Positions 42,550 through 55,384 are shown, numbered from the stretch's first letter. The stretch is 64,000 nucleotides of DNA from Octopus sinensis (GCF_006345805.1 NC_043008.1:65534001-65598000), one strand, 5' to 3'. Notes: generated by a model not told the origin, from the sequence alone. Numbers and translations are program-made.

Positions 42550-43919
42550 TACTACCCTCTTGGTTTGGACCGGTGCACACTGAGACATTAATAGAGCATG
42601 GTAAATCTAATTTTTCTTCTTACCATACCTTGTATATAATGGTAGGTGGGGGAGATACGAATAAGTCGAGAGGTTCTTGTATTAGTGTGACATGAAAGAA
42701 AAAGACAGTCGTCTCCGAGGTGTAGCCGTTGTAGTAGTCGAACAGAATACGAAATTAGGAGTCAGTATGTCTGTGGATCATTGTTTATCCTATATAGGCG
42801 ACCGACTACATAAATCACAAATCACGTAGAATGAATACGCTTTTGTTGTTGTTTCTCAATTTTGACCAAATCTGATATCTGTGCTTCATATAAATGCGTT
42901 AGTGCGTTGTTTTGCTTTACTTTTTATGTACACACTGTACACTATCAATGTTATAGCGTTGTAGCCTCCCAGGTTTCTAGTCGTCTTTTGTATTTGTAGC
43001 ATATTTATGTTCTTTAAAAAAACCTGTTGGCTTCTATTTGATGTTCTTTGATGTTGAAAATCAGGAAGATTAAAAATGGAGAAAAAATACACTGGATTAT
43101 ATGATTGACGGCAACTTGTGTAACTTGTTAGAATATAAACATATTTTTGTAACTACAGCAAGTTTAAAATGTTTTAAACACATAAATACGCTTTCAAATA
43201 TAAAGTACTGCATATGTACATACATATATGTAAGTGAGTGAATAAATATGTTCATGAACACACATACACACTTAATGTATTCCCGTCGGTATGTTAGCAT
43301 TGTTTTATGGTTTTGGGAGGGTCTGTATGTAGAGTTTGTGCGTAGGAAAATGAAGACTTACTATTAGTAAGTTAAGCAGAATACACATACTTAAATTGAT
43401 ATCTATCTGTGTGTATGTGTACGCATATAAATATACTTGTGCGTGTGGGAAAGGGGCTGCGCAGCCGGTATGTTTGGGTGCAGGCCACAAAAAGTAAGAG
43501 AGTTTATATCACCACAATTTCAAAAGTTTTACTAAAAATCTAACGCCGTATTTCTTCTTATTTCTTATATATACTTATTATGTTGTAGACTTCAAGACTG
43601 TTCTCACCCCTTTAAACTACACTGTTTTTTCAACTCTCAAAATGCCGTTTATGCTTCCCATCTTTCACAACTAACTCGTCAATTTGCATGTCCCTCGTGT
43701 TAGTTGACTACTATAAAATATTGCTTGTTCTTTTTTTTCGCTCCCTTTTATTTCTTGTTTGTCATTTTATACACATTTGTTCATGCTTTCATCTATTTAA
43801 CCTCCACCAGAGCATATTTTGTATCCTTCGGAAAATTTTATGCGATGACATGAGGACTCAAACCCAAATATATAGAGGTAAACGTGACTTGAGAGTTATG
43901 AATCATACTGCGTACTTGC

Positions 43920-43971
<52 letters not shown>

Positions 43972-44020
43972 AAAAAAAGTCAAGATAGAAAATGCTAAAT
44001 TAATTTTATAAAAAACATTT

Positions 44021-44055
44021 CAGTACCGGTTTCATCATTGAGAATTTTTCAACTT
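44021..44055 (-). ncRNA. Degenerate hammerhead motif (U3-A8 core) in TA-flanked element
   Basis: AG TTGAAAA ATTC tcaat GAT GAAA CCGG TA^ CT. Confidence 0.5.
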
Positions 44056-44200
44056 TAAGTATGGAAAACAATTAAATTTAGAAAAATTAAAAAAGTTTTT
44101 TTAAAAGAATATTTGTATAGTGGCATTTTCCTTGTTTCTGCCTGTATCTAACTCACTTGTTTATTCCTGTGTTCGAGGTGGTTGTGAATTCTTGGTAGGG

Positions 44201-44265
44201 GAGAAGAAGAAGAAAAAGAAGAAGAAGAAGAAGAAGAAGAAGAAGAAGAAGAAGAAGAAGAAGAA

Positions 44266-44311
<46 letters not shown>

Positions 44312-44330
44312 AGAAGAAGAAGAAGAAGAA
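44201..44330. repeat. (GAA)n microsatellite
   Basis: Direct inspection. Confidence 0.95.
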
Positions 44331-44518
44331 TTTGGGAGTGCCATGACAGTAGTATTTTGAATATACTTTATGACGAGTTTTGGCATTCAGACATTCAGGG
44401 ATTCATTGAGTTACTTAAGTTTAAGTCATCGTGTACATATTCTTGCAGACACACGCATGCACTTACGTACACTTAGAGAAACGGTGGCTTAGTTCGAAGA
44501 ATTATATATGTATGTATG

Positions 44519-44549
<31 letters not shown>

Positions 44550-44627
44550 CAAAATACAAGTGAGGAAACCTCAAAAGGATAGAGATATCCAAGATTAGAC
44601 TGGTTCAATACCTAATAATATAGGTAT

Positions 44628-44675
<48 letters not shown>

Positions 44676-44735
44676 ATCATTAAATCCACGAGAGAAGATG
44701 GAGATATTAACCTTATCCCCATCTTTTTTGTTGGG

Positions 44736-44792
<57 letters not shown>

Positions 44793-44840
44793 ACCATGTG
44801 TGAATCATTTGATCGATATTTGTCCTCATCTTGTTTATTG

Positions 44841-44892
44841 TTAAAACATGTTTCGACTGATTTACCCCCCCCCCCCCCGCCTTCATCAGGTG
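44841..44892 (-). ncRNA. Hammerhead motif in element related to the 20401 hairpin insertion
   Basis: CAC CTGATGA AGGC...GTC GAAA CATG TT^; adjacent GATATTTGTCCTCATCTTGTTT shared with 20430-20451. Confidence 0.6.
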
Positions 44893-44978
44893 CCTTGGCC
44901 AAATACCTCATTCCTGAGGTATTTTCTCTCGATATTATTATTACTATTATTATTATTAATAGTATTATTATTAATATT

Positions 44979-45054
44979 CCGGTCACTGCCTGGAATCGAA
45001 CTCGGAATTTTGGAGTTAGTAGTCCGCGCTCTTAACCACTACACCATATGCCCG
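44979..45054 (-). mobile_element. tRNA-like SINE head
   Basis: TGGTGTAGTGG A box and GAGTTCGATTCC B box followed by (AAT)n. Confidence 0.7.
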
Positions 45055-45390
45055 TGGCGTTTTGTATATGTTTTGTATATTTACAAATATGTCGAAAAGT
45101 GTTTTGATGTAATTTCACAATATATATTTTCAACTTGACAAACTTTACTTTTCTCCCCCAATCTCACATAATTACACTCTCTCAATCCCTCGCCCCATCA
45201 CCCTTTCTTTCCCTCTCTCTATCACACACACATAGACCCTCTCCCTTTCTCTCTCTCTCTCTCTCTATCTATCTCTTACTTGGTGCTTATATAAATATAC
45301 TATATTATTCATACAAGAATATATTATAATTGTTACTGTGGGTAATTGACCCGTGTACATATGTACTTACTTGCATATATATATGTTTTT

Positions 45391-45668
45391 TGTTTGTTCC
45401 ATCTCGAGCCATGCCTGGTTGATAAGGGCCGGTTTCCCGGTTTCCTTGGCGTATAAGTTCCCCACCTTGACCGGACGCCGCAGGTGAGTTGCAAGATGCA
45501 GGAAGAGAGATTAAGAGAAAGTTATGGCGAATGAGTCAGCAGAAGTTCGCCATTACCTTCTGCCGGAGCCGCGTGGAGCTTAGGTGTTTCGCTCATAAAC
45601 ACACACACATCGTCCGGTCTTAGATTCGAACCCACAATTCCCCTGCTCTAATCGCTAGGCCATGTGCC
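45391..45668 (-). mobile_element. SINE sharing its central region with family A but with a different tail
   Basis: TGCCGGAGCC.CGTGGAGCTT.AGGTGTTT shared with 9236-9270. Confidence 0.75.
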
Positions 45669-45824
45669 AACACACAGATATGTGTGTGTGTGTTTGTATG
45701 TGTGTGTTGTGTGTGTGTGTGTGTGTGTATGTATGCGTGTATAAATATATATATATATATATCAGCGGTGGTGCCCCAGCATGGCCGCGGCCTTCGGGCT
45801 AAAACATTTTCAAGGATTTTAAGA

Positions 45825-45859
<35 letters not shown>

Positions 45860-45895
45860 ACTGGGCCTTTGCACCTCCATATGTATATATATATA

Positions 45896-46153
45896 TGGAG
45901 GTGCAAAGGCCCAGTGGTTAGGTCAACGATTCTCAGACCGGGCGTTGTGAGTGCTTACTGATCGAAAACACTTAAAGCTCCACGAGTCTCCGGCAGAGGG
46001 TGGTGGCGATCCCTGCTGTACCCTTTCTCACTCTTTCTTCTGTTGGCCTGCTCGCTTAGTCAGCAGGGTGGCGTCATTTGAAGGCTAAAACAATGCGTAG
46101 CGCATTGTGTCCAGCGATGTGTAGCAACATCTGATAGCCTGGTCGGTCACGGT
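45896..46153 (+). mobile_element. SINE family A
   Basis: Homolog of 9053-9352. Confidence 0.85.
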
Positions 46154-46529
46154 CGGTCGGTCGACATATATATATACATACGGATAAGTAGATAGATACA
46201 TAGAGAGAGAGGTGGAGAGACATACAGTTATGTATTTAATACAATGCATACACGCATAAACATTATTATATAGAATTTTAAACATATTACATAAGTATAA
46301 TATATATCTCACATGTTACCTCTCTCTCTCTTTCTCTCTCGAAACATCTATATATATAAATGTTTACATATAGGCACACGCTACCCGCACCCATATTTAC
46401 GTATATGTGATTATGTATATATATAACGTATATGTGTATACACACACATCCATCGATACTGGCATTTATATATCAATACTTACATAAATACATACATGCA
46501 TGAATGCATACATTCAAACACATAAAAAC

Positions 46530-47201
46530 TACCTACTACCTACCTACATACATATATACATACATACATACATATATACATATATACAAACATATATACA
46601 TATATACATATATACAAACATACATACATACATATATACAAACATACATACATACATATATACAAACATACATATATACATATATACAAACATATATACA
46701 TATATACATATATACAAACATACATACATACATATATACATACATACATATATACATATATACAAACATATATACATATATACATATATACAAACATACA
46801 TACATACATATATACAAACATACATACATACATATATACAAACATACATATATACATATATACAAACATATATACATTATACATATATACAACATACATA
46901 CATACATATATACATACATACATATATACATATATACAACATATATACATATATACATATATACAAACATACATACATACATATATACATACATACATAT
47001 ATACATATATACAAACATATATACATATATACATATATACAAACATACATACATACATATATACAAACATACATATATACATATATACAAACATATATAC
47101 ATATATACATATATACAAACATACATACATACATATATACAAACATACATATATACATATATACAAACATACATACATACATATATACAAACATACATAT
47201 A
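46530..47201. repeat. G-free complex satellite of TACA/TATA/AACA units
   Basis: Recurring CATATATACAAACA every ~20-50 bp. Confidence 0.95.
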
Positions 47202-47459
47202 TGTTAGAGCGGTGGGTTTTCAGCAGTGTCATGTTTCTTATGATGTTTGTCACAAAATTTCATATTGTCATAAAGTTTTGTTGTAACATCAATATTGACA
47301 TCTGAATATTTGGTTGAAGACGAACAAAATGGCGTATGAGTTGCACGCTTTGATCTTCATAGTGTTAGTATCACACTACCAATGTTTATTCATATACCGC
47401 TACACAAGCACAAACGCAGACATACCACACGTATATGGATATATGCATATATATATATA

Positions 47460-47760
47460 TTCTTTTATTGTTTCAGGCATTTGACTGCGGCCCGGCAGGA
47501 GCACCGCCTTTTTAGTCGCGCAAATCGAACCTAGGGCTTATTTTTTGTAAGCCTAGAACTTATACTATCGGTTACTTATTAACGAACCACTAAGTTACGG
47601 TTACGCGTAAACACACCAGCATCGGTTATCAGGTGATGTTGGGGAGGACAAACACAAATATTCACACACACACGCACACACACACACACACAACCCGCAC
47701 ACACACACAACCCGCACACACACACACACACACCACCCGCACACACACACACACCCGCAC

Positions 47761-47815
<55 letters not shown>

Positions 47816-48178
47816 CAACGAGCTTTCAATTTCCGTCTACCAAATCTAATCTTAAGGCTTTGGTCGGCCCGAGGCTATAGAAGTCACTGGCTCAAGGTGT
47901 CATACAGTGGGATTGAACCCGGAAACATGTGGTTCGTAAGCAAGCTACTTACCACACACCCACTCATTGGTCTAAATATAATCTTTTTTTCTTTTTTATT
48001 AATTTTACTTGTATCAATCATTTGACTGCAACCCTGCTGCACCACATCCTTTAGACGACCAAATCGACCCTGGGACTTATTTTTTGTAAACCAAGTCCTT
48101 ATTCAATCGGCCCTTGGTCCAACCGCTAGGTTACGAGAATGATTACACCAACATGCTGGGGGAACACAGACACACAAA
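47460..48178 (-). mobile_element. SINE family B (47460-47963) plus second 3' fragment (47985-48178)
   Basis: Homology to 14567-14967. Confidence 0.85.
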
Positions 48179-48404
48179 TACATATAAGCATATATATATA
48201 TATATACATTTTTCTATATGATATTGAATTGCTTAATAGAGATTATTTCTCTTAACAATACACATACATACATAAATACATACATACATATAGCTATACA
48301 TATATATATACATATATATATACATATATATATAATATATAATATATATTATATTATAATATATTATATATATTATAAATGGTATAATGATATATATATA
48401 TATT

Positions 48405-48485
<81 letters not shown>

Positions 48486-48666
48486 ATATATAAATAAATA
48501 TTAGGGAATATATCCAAATTTACAGGAAAAAATCAGATTTAGGATTAAATCCAATTTTATAGTAAAATATTATAAAATATTATTTGAGACAAAACCACTA
48601 TTTTGCAAAACAAACAAGGAAAGACTTAATCAATACATAAAATTTAATAAATAGTCAAAAAAACCG

Positions 48667-48709
48667 CCACTACAATCGTTTCTTGTCTTGATCGACAATC
48701 TTCAGGTGG
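48667..48709 (-). ncRNA. Minimal type I hammerhead ribozyme
   Basis: CCAC CTGAAGA TTGTC gatcaa GACAA GAAA CGATTG TA^ GTGG. Confidence 0.85.
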
Positions 48710-50656
48710 ACTTCCAATCTAAAAATCAAAATTTTAAAATATAAAAATAATACTTTTAAATAAATTAAAGTATAAATGAAAAAATATAAGTATATAATCC
48801 ATATATAACCTATATATAATCCATATCGAAAATATAGACTAATTACCACGAATTCCCTAAAAAAAAAAACCATGAAAAACAAAACTCTTAAAAACATATA
48901 ACGATAAAATCTCCCTTGCTAAACTCTATAACAAACCTATAAAGTAAACCCCCTAACCTAAACATTCACACACAAATACACACACGTAAACCACAGACTC
49001 ACGACTTATACACATACCTATACTAACTTATAAACCTCAATATACACAAGATAAATAAATTAATATACAATTAAAAACTCACAACCAATCTCATATACAT
49101 AACACTCTTATGAAAACAACAATAAATACATCGTAATTAACCAGAATATCAAAAATAACATTATGACATAAGGATAAATCAAATACATACTTACAAAAAA
49201 TTCAGTTAAATTATGAAGTGAAATTAGATTCTTAGCCGTTAAAAAACCAACAAAATTACGTTACCATGGAAATAACTAATGTAAAAAAAGAATACGCGCC
49301 ATAGAAAGTAAACGTCATTCATAGTATGATGGAGAAATATAATAAATGGAACTAAAACTATTTCCACGTAGCAAACCAACGCTACTTAAAAAAAATTTAT
49401 TATGAATGGATTCTTTAAAAACTAAGAGTGTTTATGTATATGAGATTGGTGTGAGTTTTTAATTGTATAATTAATTTATTATCTGTATGAGTGTGGGTGT
49501 AAATATTGTTGTATATATCGAGTTTTAGTGAGTATGTATATGCGTATGTGAGGGAGCATATGTATCTGTTGTGTGTGTGTGTTTTGCGTGTGTGTGTGTT
49601 TGTGTGTGAATGTGTTTTGGTTTGTTATTTAGGATTTGGATGTATGTGTAATTTGTCTGTGTGGGGAGGGAGTGGTTTTTGGTGTATATTGAGGTTTATA
49701 AGTTAGTATAGGTTTGTGTATATGTCTTGGGTCTGTGGTTACGTGTGGTTTTTTGTGTGTGAATGTTAGGTTAGGGGATTGCTATATAAGTTTGTTATAG
49801 GGTTTAGCAAGGGAGATTTTATCGTTATATGCTTTTATGAGTTTTGGTTTATCATGGTTTTTTTAGGTAATTCGTGGTATTTTGTCTATTTTAGGTGTTG
49901 GTTATTTTTTTACATTGTTTCATTCATAATTTTTGAGTGGTGTTCGTTTTGCCACGTGAATAACCGGGTGGTGGACTAGCGTTGCTTGGAATGTGAATGG
50001 AATAGTGTAGTAGTAGTGAGGTAGGCATAGAGAATGGGATTGGGTTACTGCAAGTTGTTTGTTAGAGATGCTAAGGTGAGTTAAAGCTCATAAAGTATAT
50101 AATGTTTTTTGTGGGTGTGTAAGTATTGTTGTATAGTCGAGTTTAGTGAGTATGTATAGGCGTATATGTGAGGGAGTATATGTATCTTTTGTGTGTGAGT
50201 GTTTTGCGTGTGAGTGTGTGTTTTGTGTGTGAATGTGTATATGGGTTTGTATTTAGGTTTTGGGATGTATGTGTTAATTTGTCTGTGTGGGGAGGGAGGG
50301 GTTTTGGTGTATATTGAGGTTTATAAGTTAGTATAGGTATGTGTATAAGTCGTGAGTCTGTGGTTTACGTGTGTGTATTTGTGTGTGAATGTTTAGGTTA
50401 GGGGGTTTACTTTATAGGTTTGTTATAGAGTTTAGCAAAGGAGATTTTATCGTTATATGTTTTTAAGAGTTTTGTTTTATCATGGTTTTTTTTTTTTTTT
50501 TTTTTAGGGAATTCGTGGTGGAATTAGTCTATATTTTCGATATGGATTATATATAGGTTATATATGGATTATATACTTATATTTTTTCATTTATACTTTA
50601 ATTATTTAAAAGTATTATTTTTATATTTAAAAATTTTGATTTTTTAGATTGGAAGT

Positions 50657-50698
50657 CCACCTGAAGATTGTCGATCACAAGAAACAAGATTGTAGTGG
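50657..50698 (+). ncRNA. Minimal type I hammerhead ribozyme (inverted partner)
   Basis: CCAC CTGAAGA TTGT cgatc ACAA GAAA CAAGATTG TA^ GTGG. Confidence 0.8.
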
Positions 50699-51344
50699 CG
50701 GTTTTTTTGACTATTTATTAAATTTATGTATTGATTAAGTCTTTCCTTGTTTGTTTTGCAAAATAGTGGTTTTGTCTCAAATAATATTTTATATATATAT
50801 ATATATATATATTTATAATAGGATTATTAGCTCGTATAGGAGTAGGTATATATTTGTAAAAAATGAAGTTCGAAAATGCTGCTGTATTATACAATTTTTA
50901 ATTTTTATATATACATTATAACATGTTTCAGTTCCTGAAATGAACCTTATCAAAAAAAGTTTATATAAAGAAAGACAGCTCATGCCGTCAAACACAAGAA
51001 ATTCATTTATAATGCACAACGGAGTCAGACATCTTAGAGTTCATGTATAGTTGATATATAGTTCATGTATAGTTGATATATAGTTTGAAGTATATGTTCA
51101 AAGTGTTCGACGCAGTGGCCCACGGTGGCGATACGTATTCAATACAAAAAACAGATCAAAGTGGTGGAAAGCGGTCAATACAGAAGATTGATGTTTCCGA
51201 AAGAGCGAGGAATTCATTTTTACCTTAAGCAATTGTGATGACCCATGGTGGATGTTCGCTGGGTGGTTCTAGTGAGTTTTTGTGAATTGCTCGGTTTTAT
51301 AATGCCTGTTAGGTGGTCAATCCAGTGTAGCGTTCTAATTACTA

Positions 51345-53470
51345 TGAAATGAAAGATGATATTTCGGAATTTTGCAGAAAACTAAGACTCACCGAGGCAT
51401 TCAAGACAAACAATAGAGGAGGACTCAATAGCTAGAAACAAGAGCAATTACAACCCCCACCAAAGGTAAGAATAAAGCCTTAGACCGCTATGTGACTACA
51501 TAACTAATTTCCCGTTTCAATTCATCAAGAAAACAAAAACACAGCCCTAACTTCAACAAAAGAGAATGGAACGACCTCATCAAACTAAGAGAAGACAAAA
51601 CAATAACAATTAAGGAGGCAGATAAGGGCAACGCGATAGTAATAATGAATACAAACGATTATAAAAATTTAGTGCTATCCTATTAAGAGATGAAACGTAT
51701 TATGAAAGGGCCCAACAGTATAACCAGCAAAAAATAATGCATAACTTAGGACATTAATCAACACATACCAAGAAGGACTCACGAACAAGGAGTATGAATA
51801 CATCACTAACTTCAAATGCAAATCGAGTTTGTTCTATGGTATCCCTAAGGTACACAAAAGCCAAACCATTAGAGAAACGTGCAAAACATCCACCGACACA
51901 CTCATCAAATCCCTTCACCAAATGATCTTAAACTAAGACCGATAATAGCAGGGCCAGCATGTGAAACTCACCGCCTCAGCAATTTCTTAGACACACTTCT
52001 TAAACCTTTCCTAAACACATCAAAAGCTACGTAAGAGACGATATAGATATGCTCAACCACCTCCCTAAACAGTCAATGAGAAAACCCTTCTAGTATCATT
52101 CGACGTAGTTAATCTTTATTCTAACATCCCTCACAACCTAGGAATAGAAGCGATCACCTTCTGGCTGAATAAACTACCCCTGAACTCCCAACTCGCATAA
52201 ACAAAGACCTTATAATAGAAGGACTTAGATTCATTTTAGAGAACAATTATTTTATTTTTGACAATGATTTCTACAGGCAAAGATCGGGAACAGCGATGGG
52301 CACGCGTACTGCACCATCTTTTGCCAACCTAGTGATGGGATACCTCGAGAAAATACTATACCGGATGACACTCGAGAAATATGGAAACACCTTTGCCACC
52401 TATATCCATAACAACTGAAAAAGATACCTCGATGAGTTTCATCATCTGGGACAAAGGTATAGAGAAACTTGAGGAATTAAAATACTATTAATGGAATAAA
52501 TGACAATATACAATTCACGATGGACCACAACGAAAAAGAATTACCATTTTTAGACATCCTCATTAAGAAAACCGGCAACAAAATAGAGACAGATATCTAC
52601 TATAAACCGACAGACTCTAAACAGTACCTACCCTTTGATTCATGCCACCCACGACACACTAGAATGAATGTCCCTTTTTGTTTAGCTAGAAGGATTTGCA
52701 CCATAATATCAGACACAAACACCCGACACACACGTCTCCAGGAACTTAGAACCACACTCACAAATAGAAACTATCCACAGCCCCTAATAGACAGTGCAAT
52801 CCAACTGGTACTTAAATTAAGTATAGAAGACCTGAGACAAACAAAACCAAAAAGAAAGAACAATTAAAAAACCCTTCCTTCATCTCTACACACAACCCAC
52901 TCAAACATGAGGCCTTCAACACCATACTACAAAGCACAGCCCTACTAAAGGGAGACCCAAAGATGAACCGGATCCTCGAAAACACACACCATCATTAAAA
53001 GTAAACGGCAACCAAAATCCTTGAAAAGGATTTTAACCCAAGCTACACTGCACTCAACATCAACCACAAAACCAGCAGTTAGAAAATGTGGAAGGCCCAA
53101 CTGCGGAATCTGTGTCATCTTGAAAGAAGGGATCAGAATTTATACTGGAACAAGGCCACCAGTTCACCATTAGAACAAACTTCACCTGCGCATCAGAAAA
53201 CTTAATTTACGTCATAACATGCGCAGGCTGCAATAGGCAGTATATAGGCATACAAAAAATAGCTTACGTAACAGGATGGCGGTGCATAAATCACAAATTA
53301 GAAACCCTGATTACCGCAAAATACCGGTCAGCGACACATAGATAGATGTGCTGGAAATGTAAATCCGAAATTTACAACTAACCCGCTCTATAAAATTCAG
53401 TGACAACGCACCTTCACACAACGCCAAAATAAAGAACTATATTTCATAAAAAATTTAGACCAGTTAAAAC
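51345..53470 (+). pseudogene. PLE RT + GIY-YIG endonuclease ORF, frameshifted
   Basis: KEADKGNAIVIM, FYGIPKVHK, LRPIIAG, SFDVVNLYSNIP, QRSGTAMGT, KRYLD, LPFLDI, YYKPTD, SCHP, KCGRPNCGIC, NLIYVITCAGC..YIG. Confidence 0.93.
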
Positions 53471-53658
53471 ACCTGGGCCAGGAATACTAAAACAAAGGAT
53501 AAGTCCTCCGAAAAGGAGAAGCAAAATTCCACCACGGCCGCTACTTTAAACAGACACTCGCTCTGACGGAAATATGCCTTAGTAAAAAGGAAAAAAATTC
53601 TTTCGTGGAAATCTGACCCTGATACATACGATACAGCTAAGGGTCAGACCCGATTCTG

Positions 53659-53986
53659 ATTGGTCAACAAGTTGATGACGTCTAGCTCTGCTAGAATAGA
53701 CAGGATACAAACGGGGACAGTCATTAGTCAGAAATATGATGACGTCCTTTTCTGCTTGACTAGTCACTAACAAGTACAGACAGGGGGGCAGATCTAATGT
53801 AGCTATAAGTCGTGATTGGGCAGAATCTGGATGACGTCCCGTTCTGCTTGACTAACTAAGCGATGTCAAAACAGGAAACAAACAAGAGGCAGTTATTGCA
53901 GCGATTGGTGAAAATAATGATGACGTCCCGTTCTGCTTCACTAAAGCCCACCTAACGAAACGATGGTCAAAACGTTGATGACGTCA
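53659..53986 (+). promoter_or_regulatory. Five ATTGG-N12-TGACGTC modules (CCAAT + CRE-like) in PLE 3' region
   Basis: TGACGTC at 53676, 53740, 53832, 53921, 53979, each exactly 12 nt after ATTGG/ATTAG/GATGG; function inferred. Confidence 0.55.
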
Positions 53987-54364
53987 CGCTACACTGGATT
54001 GACCAACTAACAGCATTATAAAACCGAGCAATTCACAAAAACTCACTAGAACCACCCAGCGAACATCCACCATGGGTCCTCACAATTGCTTAAGGTAAAA
54101 ATGAATTCCTCGCTCTTTCGGAAACATCAATCTTCTGTATTGACCGCTGTATTCCACCACTTTGATCTGTTTTTTTGTATTGAATACGTATCGCCACCGT
54201 GGGCCACTGCGTCGAACACTTGAACATATACTTCAAACTATATCAACTATACATGAACTATATATCAACTATACATGAACTCTAAGATGTCTGACTCCGT
54301 TGTGTATTATAAATGAATTTCTTGTGTTTGACGGCATGAGCTGTCTTTTTTTTATATATAACTC

Positions 54365-54405
54365 TTTTTGATAAGGTTCATTTCAGGAACTGAAACATGT
54401 TATAA
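54365..54405 (+). ncRNA. Hammerhead-like motif (U3-A8 core) in PLE pLTR; mirror copy at 50916-50956 (-)
   Basis: TTGATAA GGTTC atttcag GAACT GAAA CATG TT^; stem I weak. Confidence 0.55.
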
Positions 54406-54466
54406 TGTATATATAAAAATTAAAAATTGTATATACAGCAGCATTTTCGAACTTCATTTTTTACAA

Positions 54467-54537
<71 letters not shown>

Positions 54538-54668
54538 GTATGTTGTGTATTGTTAAGAGAAAAAATCTCTATTAAGCAATTCAGTATCATATAGAAACAT
54601 TTCAAATACGCTATAATAAATATTATTCACTAAATTAAAAAACATTTTTTTGTTGTTGTCGTTTATTA

Positions 54669-54725
<57 letters not shown>

Positions 54726-54758
54726 ATTATTATTATTATTATTATAATATTATTATTA

Positions 54759-54796
<38 letters not shown>

Positions 54797-54859
54797 CATC
54801 ATTTATTGCCTATGCACAGTTTCTAACGCTGGAGATGTACTACGGTGTCACCTGTTCAT

Positions 54860-55310
54860 TACGGGTGAACTATAGTAACACCCCTAATTTTTCTACAACC
54901 GTCCGGAGTATTCGACCAGTTCCAAGCTGTACAGGATTTTTGTATCATCATTTTCGATGATCCCTTTGGGTTTATGTTCGTGCCACTTTTTGCTTTGTCA
55001 AATCCATACCTGTTGCAATGTGTCTAATGGAAAATCCTTGTTCTATTGTTATGACGCCTCTTATATTCTTTCTGGGCTAGTAGCGTACATTTCACCATTT
55101 TTGTCCACAAATTCTGCACTTATAACTTTCTGAGGTGTTGTTTATTCTGTATTTGATGTAGTTGGTTCTTAATGATTTCTCTTGGGCAGCACAAATTAGA
55201 GCCTTCGTTTCCAGTTTTAAATAACTTTTAGTTATCCATAGCCATCTTTTTTCTCTGCCTGTCTTATCTTCAATATCCCTGTGAAATTGTCCATGCGTTC
55301 CTTTTTTCTT
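54860..55310 (-). pseudogene. R4/Dong-type (RLE) non-LTR fragment between (TTA)n tracts
   Basis: AAQE..LRTN, KCRICG, KWHEHKPKGIIENDDTKIL. Confidence 0.75.
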
Positions 55311-55313
55311 TTC

Positions 55314-55373
<60 letters not shown>

Positions 55374-55384
55374 TAATTATTATT

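Larger units (their letters stand above)
48500..50794. mobile_element. Non-coding PLE-derived foldback element with ~480 bp inverted arms, each with a hammerhead
   Basis: Arms 48571-49047 and 50307-50794; inner IR ~49050-49110/49424-49485; diverged tandem copy ~49503-49880 vs 50123-50520; flanked by (TA)n. Confidence 0.85.
50847..54473 (+). mobile_element. Penelope-like retroelement, 5'-truncated, with inverted pseudo-LTRs, inserted in (TA)n
   Basis: Inverted repeats 50847-51333 and 53986-54473 surrounding RT + GIY-YIG remnant. Confidence 0.93.

Noticed and set aside
44979-45054. Possible tRNA gene
   Set aside because: Acceptor stem does not close and it runs into an (AAT)n tail; treated as a SINE head.
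46500-47286. Long ORFs of 220-260 aa
   Set aside because: Products of a low-complexity satellite; the same applies to all YI/HT/CV-rich ORFs in the track.
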